Below are positions 26,090 through 36,637 of a DNA stretch of 64,000 nt, in pieces (the stretch's first letter is position 1; every line of letters starts with the position of its first letter). The stretch is from Patescibacteria group bacterium. GTDB lineage: Bacteria; Patescibacteriota; Gracilibacteria; UBA1369; PNNO01. Made by a program: the position numbers and the translations under genes. The stretch covers positions 1 to 64,000 of the forward strand of contig JBHPIO010000002.1 in NCBI GenBank assembly GCA_042568575.1. Direction: 5' to 3'. The notes under the pieces were generated by a model. That model was given only the letters and a program-made list of their open reading frames with translations. It did not search any database and was not told the origin of the DNA.

Positions 26090-28183
26090 ATGCAAAATTC
26101 TCATAAAAACCCAAATTTTTTCTATTCGAAATTTGTCTATTACGAAAGATTAGAGCCAATAATTGACAAGGCTTTAGCGCATCTTGATACGGTTGAAAGA
26201 GCTGCAAAGAATACTGAAGCAAAGCTACATACAGACAAGTTGCTTGAAAAAATGAAATTGAAAGCAAAGGAAGCTCAAAAAAAGGGAAGAAAAGAAGAGG
26301 TGAAAAAAATCAAACTTCTGAGGAAGTACGTATATTTGAACAATCCCAAAAAAAGCATTAAAACTCCTAAAGTTTCGCCTAAGGATTCAGTATTGTACAG
26401 AATTGGTAACCGTAAGGATGCTCGTGAGGCTCATATGATGTTTGCCATTATTGAGAAATACTGGGGAATTGATAAAGCAATAGAGGTTCACAAAAAGTTT
26501 TGGGACGGGAATGAATACAAATTATGGTATTTATACGAATGGTTTACGGAAAATAGAGCAGGTAAAAAAATTGGATTTTATTACAGTACAAATATAAAAA
26601 AATATAGTTGGGTGAAAGCTAGAAGTACGAAGCTTAAAATGGATGACCCGTGGAATCATGAAGCGAGACCTGGAGATAGCCCATTTGTTAAAGGAAAACG
26701 ACATTCGGGAATGTATTATAATAGAAAATTCGAAGTTACCGGATGGTGGACTGTAGATAGCAATGGTGATGATGAATTTACATACTCTTTAACGTTAAAG
26801 GGCGCTATTAAAAAGATTTATCAAGAGCTGGTTAAAGACCCAGGTGATAGTGGTTTTGATTCTTCAAAATTATCTATGAAAGGCGGGAAGACGGTTTCGC
26901 CTTATGGTGAAGAAATTGTGAAAACTTTAAAAAATAGCAGGGTAGAAGGAGAATTATATGATAGAGACAGAAAGGTTCGTTTATTTAAATATTTCCATAA
27001 CCATCCAAAGAAAAGGCACCATGATAAATGGGCGACTTTAGAGAATTCAAAAGAGGCTGGAAGAATGGTTGCTGTTTTAGGTCAGAGTTGGGAAAATTAT
27101 TTGCTGCGTTATTCTCCAAAGGATAAGAAAATCTATGTTGTTAGCATTCAAGGGAGATTGTCATCTCCTGATTGGGGGTATATCGATATAAAAGAGAACA
27201 AATACAAAAAAGGATCTTGGATGGTTGGAGGATATAACCGTAAAACAAATGATCTTGAATTTTTTAAGAAAGAGATTATAGATAAGATGTCACCGAGTCA
27301 GGTTAATGCTGAGCTTGGGAAAATTGAGCAAAAGAATGCACCAATCGTTAAGGGAAAAGAGATAATTAAAACAAAAGATGCTTGTGCTGAAATTTTAAAG
27401 AATAAAAGCGTTTACAAGGTTAAAGCATATTTTGCTTATGATCAAAATGAGAAAGCTTTCTTTACTCCACTTAAAGCTGCCCTTTTAACTTGGGTGAAAG
27501 CAAATGTTCCTAAAGCTGCAAAAGATGAAAAGGTTGCAAGCAAACTTGTTGAAGTTCGAATGGCTAAAGTTCGGACTGATTTTGCTGCAGCAAGAACTGC
27601 AAATGGTGTCCTAGACAATGCATTAAACAGTAAGCCAAAAACGAAAGTTAAGGTAGAGTTTGCCGAAAACGATTTGTTAAAGCTCGACTTTCATAATACA
27701 AGTTTGGCAGGACGTGCGACACAAAAGTATCAAAAAGTTCTTAAAGCAAAAGCTGAACAAGCTAAAAAAGCAGCAAAGACATTGAAAGAAAAAGGTTTCA
27801 TAGGACAAATAAAACGAGGGCTCGACAAGTTTTTTGCTAGTATGGGTGGGGTCTTCGGGAAATTTGGTAAATACATCACAGGACATTTGGCTTCAATGCT
27901 GGGAGGAATGTTTGATCCTGCGACTCTTGCTAAACTTCCTCTAATTGGAGGATTTATAGGAGGTAGTCTCGCTGTAGTTGGACTAGCAAAAATGCGAAAA
28001 AAAGACTTTGAAAAGCTTACTAAAGGCAAAACAAAACATAAATTCAAAAAAGGATATACGATGGCGGAAAGAGAATATGATCTTGGAAGCGGAAAGATTA
28101 TTCTTCCGGATCGGAAAGTAGTAAAAGGAAAAATTAAAAAAGGCTTCAAGATTCCAAAAGGATCGGAGTGGAGAGCCGCTTAA
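26090..28183 (+). CDS. Large Lys-rich hypothetical protein, paralog A
   Basis: 697-aa ORF; shares motifs with 28216-30498. Confidence 0.8.
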   Translation: MQNSHKNPNFFYSKFVYYERLEPIIDKALAHLDTVERAAKNTEAKLHTDKLLEKMKLKAKEAQKKGRKEEVKKIKLLRKYVYLNNPKKSIKTPKVSPKDSVLYRIGNRKDAREAHMMFAIIEKYWGIDKAIEVHKKFWDGNEYKLWYLYEWFTENRAGKKIGFYYSTNIKKYSWVKARSTKLKMDDPWNHEARPGDSPFVKGKRHSGMYYNRKFEVTGWWTVDSNGDDEFTYSLTLKGAIKKIYQELVKDPGDSGFDSSKLSMKGGKTVSPYGEEIVKTLKNSRVEGELYDRDRKVRLFKYFHNHPKKRHHDKWATLENSKEAGRMVAVLGQSWENYLLRYSPKDKKIYVVSIQGRLSSPDWGYIDIKENKYKKGSWMVGGYNRKTNDLEFFKKEIIDKMSPSQVNAELGKIEQKNAPIVKGKEIIKTKDACAEILKNKSVYKVKAYFAYDQNEKAFFTPLKAALLTWVKANVPKAAKDEKVASKLVEVRMAKVRTDFAAARTANGVLDNALNSKPKTKVKVEFAENDLLKLDFHNTSLAGRATQKYQKVLKAKAEQAKKAAKTLKEKGFIGQIKRGLDKFFASMGGVFGKFGKYITGHLASMLGGMFDPATLAKLPLIGGFIGGSLAVVGLAKMRKKDFEKLTKGKTKHKFKKGYTMAEREYDLGSGKIILPDRKVVKGKIKKGFKIPKGSEWRAA

Positions 28184-28215
28184 ATTGTCAATTATTTACT
28201 TAAAATAAAAACAAA

Positions 28216-30498
28216 ATGGAGAAAAATAATGTAAATTTTCTTTTCTATTCTAAGCCGGTTTGGTTTAGTGGAATTTCTGGACTCGAAATACAAAAACTTC
28301 GAGGAGCAAACGAAACGCTTCGCGAGAAGGCGCGTCTAACAATGCGAAAAGCATTGCTTGGATCTTTTATTAAGCAACGAGGAAAGCTGAAAAGATGGCA
28401 ATTCTCTGATGCTGTAAGAGAAAAACTATACACACACTGGGTAAATGATAAAGCTGAAGTTAAGCCGGATGATCCAAAATATTTAGCTATGCTTGAACTT
28501 AAAGACCCATATCACAAAAAAGCTTATTATGTTTTATTGGCCGTTCTGGAAAAGTTGCACGGTAGAAAAAAAGCTTTGAAAATATTTGTTGATTCATATG
28601 ATCCAAAATCTAGAACTTTCAACTTGTACCAGATTAGAAAGTATTTTTCTAAAGAGAAAGTTGGTAATGAATTTGGATTTTATTATGGGACTAGAAAGGT
28701 TAACTGGAAGGTTTATTTAAACTATCGTGAAGCTTTGAAATTGTATTACAACGTCAATGCTAAGATGGAATTAAAAAATAATGGGTGGACCCTTAGTAGC
28801 GGTAGTTTTACTGAAAACTATTATATAGAGAAAGTACATAGAGTTACAGGTTGGTGGAAGGTAAACAGTTATCGAGGAAATGTAAACGAAATTGTTGGTA
28901 ACACTAAATCATGGAGATGGGGATCTTCATCTGGAACTAGTCTGCTAAATGAATTAAGAAAGACAGAAAATGGAGATATGTATGTTAGTCCAAAAGGTAA
29001 ATTTACTTTATTGGATGCAATCTCAAATATTAAAAAGCAAAAATATAGAGAATGGAGTCTTGAAAAAGATAGAGAAGAAGAAATTTTTAAGATGCTAGAT
29101 AAATTTTCGAGAGAATCAGTGAACTATGGACTTCGATATGCAAAAGGTCAGATATATAAATATTTGACTAGAGAAGCACCAAAAAATACATGGTTTGTTT
29201 TCCCAAAAGAGAAAATAGGGCTTATGAATCGTGTTTTTGGACGTGGTGTTGGTAACTATAAATATAGAGTTACTGCTAATAAGCTTTATTTTATCGCAAT
29301 TACGGGCACAAAATTTGATCCTCAGTATGGAATTGGGGGATATATTGAATTGAAGAATAAAAAGGTAGGCAAATGGACTGGTTGCAATCCTTTACATACA
29401 GAAAATTTTGCACGCACTTTACGAAAAGATGTTTTAAAGCCTATGACTTTAGCACAGGTAAAGTCCGAACTTAAAAGGGCAGAAGCAAGAGAATTTGCTA
29501 AGTCTTTACCTGTTGGTAAACTAGATAAAGATAGAGCTTTAGCTATTACAAAAGGAATGTGTTCACAATTATTAGATAAATTACATGTAAAACGAGTTTT
29601 CAGTTACAAATTAAGAGACAAAAAGCTTTATGCACCTATGGGGAAAGAGTTAAAAGCTCATATTAAGAAAGTATTCCCATCGTTTTCAGAAGCTAGGGTT
29701 AGTGAACTTGTAAAGTTTAGAATTACAAGGCTTAAGTCTGACTTTGATCATGCCGTAAATGACAACAAGCCTTTACAATTAACAGTTTCAAGTAAACCCA
29801 AAACACGGATAAAAATTGAAATTAATGAAGAAGATGTAATGAAAGTTGATTTCTTAAGCGAAACTGCAAAAAAATACGCAGAGCGAAAGTATGAAAGAAA
29901 ACTTAAAGCTGATGAAAAAGCTAAGAAAACAGAGAAGACCCAAGGACTTCTTGGTAAAATTAAGAACAAAATCCAAGGCTTTGTTGAAAAATTTCTTGAA
30001 AAAACGAAGCTTGGAAAGTATGCAAAAGTTGTTGCAGGATTTATTACCAATGCAATTTCAAGTTTCTTAAACCTTGGTTCACTTGTAAAAGACTGGGTTG
30101 GAGGTAAGTATAAATGGATTGCAGGTGCACTTGGAGGCGGTGGAGTAATGGCTGGACTTAAGCTTAAAGGAAAACGTCTTACTAAAGCAAAGCTTGAAAA
30201 GCTAACGAAAAATAAATCCAAATATATTTTTGCAAAGAACTATAAAGTTTCAAGCCGAATTGATCTTGGACGAGGAAGCATAGTGATTAAAGACGGAAAG
30301 GATTTTATCCCAGTTGAGGGAATGCAAATTCGAGTTAATGGTGGTGCTGTTGAAAAAGCTAAAAAACCTAAAACTCATGGATTCTTAGGAATATCACTTG
30401 GCGGTGGAGGAAACGACTATAAAGGTAAAAAAATTGAAATAGTTAAATTTCTCCCTAAAGGTTTCAAAATCAAAAAAGGTTCTATTTGGAGCAAATAA
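28216..30498 (+). CDS. Large Lys-rich hypothetical protein, paralog B
   Basis: 760-aa ORF; GFYY, VTGWW, SKPKT and KGFKI.KGS.W shared with paralog A. Confidence 0.8.
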   Translation: MEKNNVNFLFYSKPVWFSGISGLEIQKLRGANETLREKARLTMRKALLGSFIKQRGKLKRWQFSDAVREKLYTHWVNDKAEVKPDDPKYLAMLELKDPYHKKAYYVLLAVLEKLHGRKKALKIFVDSYDPKSRTFNLYQIRKYFSKEKVGNEFGFYYGTRKVNWKVYLNYREALKLYYNVNAKMELKNNGWTLSSGSFTENYYIEKVHRVTGWWKVNSYRGNVNEIVGNTKSWRWGSSSGTSLLNELRKTENGDMYVSPKGKFTLLDAISNIKKQKYREWSLEKDREEEIFKMLDKFSRESVNYGLRYAKGQIYKYLTREAPKNTWFVFPKEKIGLMNRVFGRGVGNYKYRVTANKLYFIAITGTKFDPQYGIGGYIELKNKKVGKWTGCNPLHTENFARTLRKDVLKPMTLAQVKSELKRAEAREFAKSLPVGKLDKDRALAITKGMCSQLLDKLHVKRVFSYKLRDKKLYAPMGKELKAHIKKVFPSFSEARVSELVKFRITRLKSDFDHAVNDNKPLQLTVSSKPKTRIKIEINEEDVMKVDFLSETAKKYAERKYERKLKADEKAKKTEKTQGLLGKIKNKIQGFVEKFLEKTKLGKYAKVVAGFITNAISSFLNLGSLVKDWVGGKYKWIAGALGGGGVMAGLKLKGKRLTKAKLEKLTKNKSKYIFAKNYKVSSRIDLGRGSIVIKDGKDFIPVEGMQIRVNGGAVEKAKKPKTHGFLGISLGGGGNDYKGKKIEIVKFLPKGFKIKKGSIWSK

Positions 30499-30544
30499 TC
30501 CATTTAGGCTCATTTATATATTTAAATAAATAACAAAATACATT

Positions 30545-33500
30545 ATGGCAGGATCAGCAAAACTCAAATCAAAACCAAAATCGCTCGTTTCCAAAAAGCT
30601 GGAAAAGGCGAAAGGTGCTGTTAAAGACAAAATACACGGTGCCCGCGTTGAGATAAGCATCAATAGGCTTTCACGAAAAGTGCTTGCGAAGCTTTCTCGC
30701 CAAGAGCGTAAAAAAGAACTCAAAAGGCTTCAAGAAGAGCTTCAAGGGCTTGGAGGATACGAAAAAGATGAACTTCTTGATAAAGTTCGTGCAAAGACAA
30801 AGCGTGAACTAGCTGTCTACAAAGCGCAAATGGCGGAAACGGTAAAAGAAAAACGACTTGAAGACTTTATGCTGGAATTGAATGACATTTTTGTGGCTAC
30901 CGAAGAAAATGCACTTGAAGGTTTTGCGGCAAGAACTGCGGAGCAAGTGCGACGTGAAGAACTTTTTTACGCGACTTTAAATACTTATGTTGGTAAAGAG
31001 TCAAACAAGAAATTCTTGAAAGCATATTTAAAGAGCCCAATGGTGCAAAAGCTTCTAAGTGGTTTAAAAGCGTTAGATGAAGATACGGCTAAGAAAATTA
31101 ACGATGCTGCAGAAGAAGGAGATTATAAAAAATTAAGAGCATTACTTCTAGAGGCTTCTGATGGGGAACTAAGTGCTGAGCACGTTGATAAAGTGTTCGG
31201 ATCTGCACCTTATTTTAAAGATTCAATGAAACCTGTTACAGGTTATAAGATAGTTGATTGGGTTATTAATAGTGTTAAATCATTTAAGTATTTAGGATAC
31301 GGATTTGTTATGCGTGCAGCAAAGAATGATGCTGAAGTCCCATTCTTTATTATTATGCAAACCGCGAATATAACACTACATCGTTTGCGTCAAATTGATG
31401 ACACTTTTCAAAGCAATTTGAATTTTATTACTTCAAAGCAAAAGCAAGGTTTGCATGATCAGAAACGACTTGGATTTATTGATGCAATTCATAAACTAAG
31501 AATGGCGCTTGATGATAAAATTAATAAACCTGGAAAAGATGGTAAAACTTTGCAAGAGAAGTTTGATGAAAATCTTGATCTTTATATGGAGTCTTTACGT
31601 AAAGACAAAAGGCTTGATGAGCAGTCTATTGCTTATATTAAAGCACATGCTGAGATTGGGAATCTTCGCCTGGAGCAAATGTATGAACTTGTTTATGGTG
31701 ATGAGAAAAAACGTGATCGCGTTGTGACTCGTATTTTCTCACGTATTCCAACAGCGGTACGTTTCTATAGAAGGGTTATGCAGAGTCCTGAACTTGCTAA
31801 AACACTTCAAAAATACCATTGGGAACGTCTTAAAACCAGAAGTGCTCGAAAATTTAGAAGGGCAGCTAAGGGATGGGGGCTTGAAGATGTCCGTAGCAAA
31901 GGTGATGCTTTATACAAGCAAGTTGAAACTTTTAGTCCATATGGAGAATCATCTGCAGGTAGCAAAAGTGAACGAGTAAGAGGCGAAGTTCTAAAAGAGC
32001 ATGATGATATTCTTAAAAAATACTATGTTCTTGTGAATAGAACTTCAAAAGTTCTTACTGCAAATGCACAGAAAATACTTGCTGCAGGTGGGGCTTTGGA
32101 GCAATTTAGAAAAAACTATGATCTGAAAGCACCAATTGATTGGCAGAAATCTCCATTTCTTTCGGACGATACTTTGGAAGCTTTATTTCCAGGTAAAAAA
32201 GCACATCAAATTAGAACGAATAGAGGCTTGACTGGGAACAAGCTTGTTCAAGCTTATACAGAAAGACTTGTTGAGCTACGATCGTTGCAAGATACAACAA
32301 GAGCTTATTTCTCAGGAATGGCTAGAGATATAGAAAAACGTGTAGCTGAGCCTATTACAAGTAGATGGGGAGACAAAATGGAAAGACTTGGAAGAGCAGA
32401 ATCAGACAGAGCAATACGTGAAGGTATTGAGGAAATCAAAACACAGACAAGTCCGTGGAAAAGGAAAGTGCGAATTGGTGGGAAACTTCTTCTTCCTGGA
32501 ATATTGTTAGCTTTTGAAACAAACGCATTAATGACAGGAAAGGCTAAACCTTATGAATTCGTTTGGAATGGTGTTGAAATGGTTGGAGGATTTTGTCCTG
32601 GTATTGGTACAGTTCTAGATGGGAAGGCGTGTATAACTGGAAGATCTCTTGCAGGAAGAAAGTTAAGTTGGAAGGAACGACTAGTGTCCGGAGTTTTTTG
32701 TGTGGTTGGTGCTGTAGCCGACGCATTAACACTTGTGGGAGGAGTTGGACTTGGTCTTCGTGCCGGTGTCGGATTCCTTAAAGGTGGAAGAAAGGCAATG
32801 CAAGCAGGAAAAACAATGAAAGCTATGCGTCAGGCTGGTATGGCAAGAAAATCTCAATCTTATCTTGCAAGAGCTGGTATGTGGATTGGTGGAAGGTTTA
32901 ACAGGGCGGCTCGTTTGGAAGCTGCAACATCTTCTCGTATTACTGCTAATGCATACGATCAGGCTCGACTTATGAGTAAATACAAAATTGATGACCTTGC
33001 TCATGCAGAGAAAGAATTAGCTTCTACGAGAGGTTATTTGGATGCTGCAAAAAGGGCTGATCTGGATAAGCTAAGGACTCTAATGAAATCAAGTGAGAAA
33101 TACGGATATGATTACATGAATGCTTTACGTGGACCTCTTCAAGGAATTCTTAAGGCTCCTTCAAAAATTGGAGCGGTTGGAAGAACGTGGTTGCGTGTTA
33201 AATCTGCATTCCATAAAGTGAAAGAGACTTTAATGGCATTGAAGATAGATCCAAAAATTATTAATCAGTATGAAAAAACATTTGATAAAATTAGAGCTCT
33301 TGAATCTAGGCGGGCGCAGGCTGTGGAAGAACTTGCTGGTCTTGCTAACAAAGGAAGATACTTTGATAAAGGAGAATCTGTAGCAAGAGCTGGAGCTGTC
33401 TCAACAAAAGTTGAAAAACTGGAAGATCTTAAAATTCAGCAAAAAACTTTGGCAAGATCAAGAAAAGCATCTTTAAAAGTAGGAGATGCAACTAGGAAAA

Positions 33501-34210
33501 AATATAAAGCTGTTCCAGAAGTTCAGGACTTGTTGGATAAGGCCAAAGAAGGTGGAAAGATAACAAGAACTGAAATAGCTCAGGCAGTAAAACAAGCACG
33601 CAAACACAGAAAATATAAAAGTCTTACAGTTAAGGAACTTACCGATGCTGTTGATCATTATAAGGGTGCTAGCGCGTCTTTAGGTAAACTGAAGAAACTT
33701 AAACAGCAAAGAAAAACTGGTTTTGGTGAGGCTGTTCAAGCAGAAGGAAATACAAGGCAGATTATGAAGAAGCAAAAAGAAGTTGGAGATATCAACAGAC
33801 AAATTGCTACTTTGCACAATGAACGCTTTATCATGCAGACAGAGATGATGTATAAAGCTGAGCGTGCAATGGATGTTGCCAATCAATGGAGGCAGGCTGT
33901 TCGTTTTCTTCAATATGGTCTTGTTGCCGGTGGTATTGCATTCCTTACAAGCATGGCTCCAGATAAAGCAGTTCAAACTGGTACTAAAGTTATTAAAAAA
34001 ACAGGTAAGACTGTTTACAAGGTTGGTAAGAAAGTATTCTGGGATGAACATGGTGGAAAACCTCCAATGGACAAAATGATCGAAGACAGATTAAAGAAAG
34101 GAAAAAGATCGCTTAAAATAAAGAAACTGAAAAAGAAGGTACTTGGGAAGAAAAAGGCAAGTCCAGATGCACTTAAGGATGACACAGGAGGTCAAGCAAA
34201 ACACGATTAA
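30545..34210 (+). CDS. Large basic helical protein with a pre-toxin TG (PT-TG)-like segment
   Basis: GFCPGIGTVLDGKACITGRSLAGRKLSWKER plus hydrophobic Gly-rich helices at about 32550-32780. Confidence 0.7.
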   Translation: MAGSAKLKSKPKSLVSKKLEKAKGAVKDKIHGARVEISINRLSRKVLAKLSRQERKKELKRLQEELQGLGGYEKDELLDKVRAKTKRELAVYKAQMAETVKEKRLEDFMLELNDIFVATEENALEGFAARTAEQVRREELFYATLNTYVGKESNKKFLKAYLKSPMVQKLLSGLKALDEDTAKKINDAAEEGDYKKLRALLLEASDGELSAEHVDKVFGSAPYFKDSMKPVTGYKIVDWVINSVKSFKYLGYGFVMRAAKNDAEVPFFIIMQTANITLHRLRQIDDTFQSNLNFITSKQKQGLHDQKRLGFIDAIHKLRMALDDKINKPGKDGKTLQEKFDENLDLYMESLRKDKRLDEQSIAYIKAHAEIGNLRLEQMYELVYGDEKKRDRVVTRIFSRIPTAVRFYRRVMQSPELAKTLQKYHWERLKTRSARKFRRAAKGWGLEDVRSKGDALYKQVETFSPYGESSAGSKSERVRGEVLKEHDDILKKYYVLVNRTSKVLTANAQKILAAGGALEQFRKNYDLKAPIDWQKSPFLSDDTLEALFPGKKAHQIRTNRGLTGNKLVQAYTERLVELRSLQDTTRAYFSGMARDIEKRVAEPITSRWGDKMERLGRAESDRAIREGIEEIKTQTSPWKRKVRIGGKLLLPGILLAFETNALMTGKAKPYEFVWNGVEMVGGFCPGIGTVLDGKACITGRSLAGRKLSWKERLVSGVFCVVGAVADALTLVGGVGLGLRAGVGFLKGGRKAMQAGKTMKAMRQAGMARKSQSYLARAGMWIGGRFNRAARLEAATSSRITANAYDQARLMSKYKIDDLAHAEKELASTRGYLDAAKRADLDKLRTLMKSSEKYGYDYMNALRGPLQGILKAPSKIGAVGRTWLRVKSAFHKVKETLMALKIDPKIINQYEKTFDKIRALESRRAQAVEELAGLANKGRYFDKGESVARAGAVSTKVEKLEDLKIQQKTLARSRKASLKVGDATRKKYKAVPEVQDLLDKAKEGGKITRTEIAQAVKQARKHRKYKSLTVKELTDAVDHYKGASASLGKLKKLKQQRKTGFGEAVQAEGNTRQIMKKQKEVGDINRQIATLHNERFIMQTEMMYKAERAMDVANQWRQAVRFLQYGLVAGGIAFLTSMAPDKAVQTGTKVIKKTGKTVYKVGKKVFWDEHGGKPPMDKMIEDRLKKGKRSLKIKKLKKKVLGKKKASPDALKDDTGGQAKHD

Positions 34211-34236
34211 TCTTTATATAATTAATACACATAACT

Positions 34237-34449
34237 ATGTTTACAAAAATTTTCTTTCTCGTTCTTGTTCGCATCTTTGAATTAATAGTACTTGTTGTTA
34301 CAAGTCTATGGATGTGGAATAACTTCCCAGAAGGTATCAAGCTATGGACTATACTTGGTTTCATCTTTGCATACTTTGTATATCTGGCAGTTACTTTCTC
34401 GAACGACTATAGAGAGATTAGATATGGTGAAGGTGAGCCAATGATGTAG
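34237..34449 (+). CDS. Small 2-TM membrane protein
   Basis: 70 aa, two hydrophobic helices, last gene before the terminator. Confidence 0.65.
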   Translation: MFTKIFFLVLVRIFELIVLVVTSLWMWNNFPEGIKLWTILGFIFAYFVYLAVTFSNDYREIRYGEGEPMM

Positions 34450-34488
34450 CAACCCTCTCGCTTAAATCGATTTTTAATTGCGAACTTT

Positions 34489-34525
34489 AAGTCCATCCCG
34501 TAAACTTACGGATGGACTTTTTTTA
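34489..34525 (+). terminator. Intrinsic terminator
   Basis: AAGTCCATC-C-CGTAA/TTACG-GATGGACTT stem followed by a T-run. Confidence 0.8.
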
Positions 34526-34547
34526 TATCAATAACTACTAACATATT

Positions 34548-35027
34548 ATGAACTTTGATGGAGTTAACGAGAAAACACTCGTACTTGTGAAACCGGACGC
34601 GATTCAACGCGGTCTTATTGGTCAAATTATTGGGCGTTTCGAGAGAAAAGGCCTTAAAATGGTTGGTATCAAAATGATGAGTCTTAATGATGAACTTCTA
34701 ACAGAGCATTATTCACACCTTGCGGATAAACCTTTCTTCCCAAGTTTAGCGAACTTTATGAAAAGCTCACCGGTTGTAGCTATGTGCTACGAAGGTCTTG
34801 AGGTTGTTCAGGCGGTTCGTCTTCTATGTGGAATTACGAAATCACGAGAAGCTGAAGCAGGGTCAATTCGTGGAGATCTAGCGATGAGTGTTTCATGTAA
34901 TGTAGTTCATGCGTCGGATTCTGTTGATAACGCTAAAAAAGAAGTTGAAAGATTTTTCAAATCAGAGGAGCTTCATGAGTATCAGAAGTCTGATTATGAA
35001 CACGTTTATGCTGAAGATGAAAAATAA
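34548..35027 (+). CDS. ndk: Nucleoside-diphosphate kinase
   Basis: KPDA.QRGL.G.II.RFE, GSIRGD, NVVHASDS. Confidence 0.96.
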   Translation: MNFDGVNEKTLVLVKPDAIQRGLIGQIIGRFERKGLKMVGIKMMSLNDELLTEHYSHLADKPFFPSLANFMKSSPVVAMCYEGLEVVQAVRLLCGITKSREAEAGSIRGDLAMSVSCNVVHASDSVDNAKKEVERFFKSEELHEYQKSDYEHVYAEDEK

Positions 35028-35030
35028 TAT

Positions 35031-35834
35031 ATGTTCGTTTACTTAAACGGAAAAATCGTCTCAAAAAAAGACGCAAACATTTCGGTTTGCGATAATGGTT
35101 TCCTATACGGTGATGCGATTTTCGAAACAATGCGCACAGTTAATGGAAAGTTGTGGTTGTTGAATGAACATCTAAAACGATTAAGGCAGTCGGCGCGTAT
35201 TCTCGGCATTCGTGTGCCTTTGACGAATGCGCAGCTTACTAATCTAATAAGTCGTCTTCAGAAAAAGAATGGCCATAAAGAATCGAGGATTAGGATTACT
35301 ATTTCTCGTGGTTGCAATGGATTTGATTTCACAACATGTAAAAAGCCAACATTCCTAATAGAAGTAAACAAATTAAAGCTCCCTCCGCGTAAAATTTATA
35401 TCGAAGGCGTTTCGGCGATTACCTATAAAATCGAAAGACCGATTCCTGAGTTTAAATCAAACAGCATGCTTCCTTCGATTATGGCGATAAGAGAAGCGAA
35501 AAAGAAAAAGGCGTTTGAAGCTTTTATGATCGATCGTAATGGAAATGTGACAGAAGGCAGCACAAGCAACGTCTTTATCGTGAAAAAAGGAAAAATAATC
35601 ACACCGAAAGATGGGATTCTTAAAGGAACGGTTCGAAACTTCATCATGAAAAAAACGGCAACAAAAGAGGTGAACATTTCATTAAAAAAACTCCACGGAG
35701 CAGATGAAGTTTTCTTAACAAGTTCGATAAAAAGCGCTGTACCGGTAGTGAAAATAGACGGGAAGAAAATCGGAACCGGCAAAGTCGGACCGGTAACAAA
35801 AAGTATCATTAACTTACTTAAAGAATGCAGATAG
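35031..35834 (+). CDS. pabC: Aminotransferase class IV, probably aminodeoxychorismate lyase
   Basis: GFLYGDAIFET, EGSTSN, L.GT.R, DEVFLTSS; overlaps folP. Confidence 0.7.
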   Translation: MFVYLNGKIVSKKDANISVCDNGFLYGDAIFETMRTVNGKLWLLNEHLKRLRQSARILGIRVPLTNAQLTNLISRLQKKNGHKESRIRITISRGCNGFDFTTCKKPTFLIEVNKLKLPPRKIYIEGVSAITYKIERPIPEFKSNSMLPSIMAIREAKKKKAFEAFMIDRNGNVTEGSTSNVFIVKKGKIITPKDGILKGTVRNFIMKKTATKEVNISLKKLHGADEVFLTSSIKSAVPVVKIDGKKIGTGKVGPVTKSIINLLKECR

Positions 35835-36637
35835 ATAAGCCACTCGTAATGGGGATTCTCAACGTAACGCCAGATTCGTTTTCGGATGGTGGAAAGTTTA
35901 ATTTGGAAGATCAGGCGGTTAAGCGTTTTGAGGAAATGATTGAAGAAGGTGCGGATATTATCGATATCGGGGGTGAGTCGACCGGCCCTGGTTCGCAGGA
36001 TGTCTCGCTTAAAGAGGAGCTTGAGCGCGTGATTCCGATTCTTCAAAGAGTGCGCAAGATTTCGGATGTATGGATTTCTGTTGATACTTATAAAGCCAAG
36101 GTTGCAAAGCAGGCGCTTGATGCGGGTGCAAACATGATCAATGACGTACTTGCCTTTCGTGGCGATGCAAGAATGCTTGATGTCGTTAAAGAAAGTGATG
36201 TGCCTATTGTTTTAATGTACTCAAAGGATCCAACGGGGCGCACGACTGGTAAAGAAAAAAATTATGAAGACGTCGTTGAGCATATAAAGATTTTTCTGGA
36301 GGAACGAATTAAACTAGCGGAACAAAATGGAATAAAAAAAGAACGAATCATTGTTGATCCAGGACAGGGAGCGTTTGTAAGTAGCGATCCAAAATATAGC
36401 CTTCAAATTCTCGACCGCCTACAGGAGTTTAAAACCCTGGGCGTTCCAATCTTAATAGGATCTTCACGCAAATCTGTGGTTGGCCAAACACTAAATCTTC
36501 CGTTGCATCAACGTTTAGAAGGTTCGCTTGCTTGCGCTGCAGTAGCAGTAATGAATGGGGCATCAATAATCCGCGCGCATGACGTTAAAGAAACGCGGCG
36601 GTTAATTGATATGGTTGATGCTATTGGGAAGAGTTAA
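35825..36637 (+). CDS. folP: Dihydropteroate synthase
   Basis: MGILNVTPDSFSDGG, DIGGEST.PG, SRKS, IRAHDV. Confidence 0.95.
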   Translation: MQIDKPLVMGILNVTPDSFSDGGKFNLEDQAVKRFEEMIEEGADIIDIGGESTGPGSQDVSLKEELERVIPILQRVRKISDVWISVDTYKAKVAKQALDAGANMINDVLAFRGDARMLDVVKESDVPIVLMYSKDPTGRTTGKEKNYEDVVEHIKIFLEERIKLAEQNGIKKERIIVDPGQGAFVSSDPKYSLQILDRLQEFKTLGVPILIGSSRKSVVGQTLNLPLHQRLEGSLACAAVAVMNGASIIRAHDVKETRRLIDMVDAIGKS

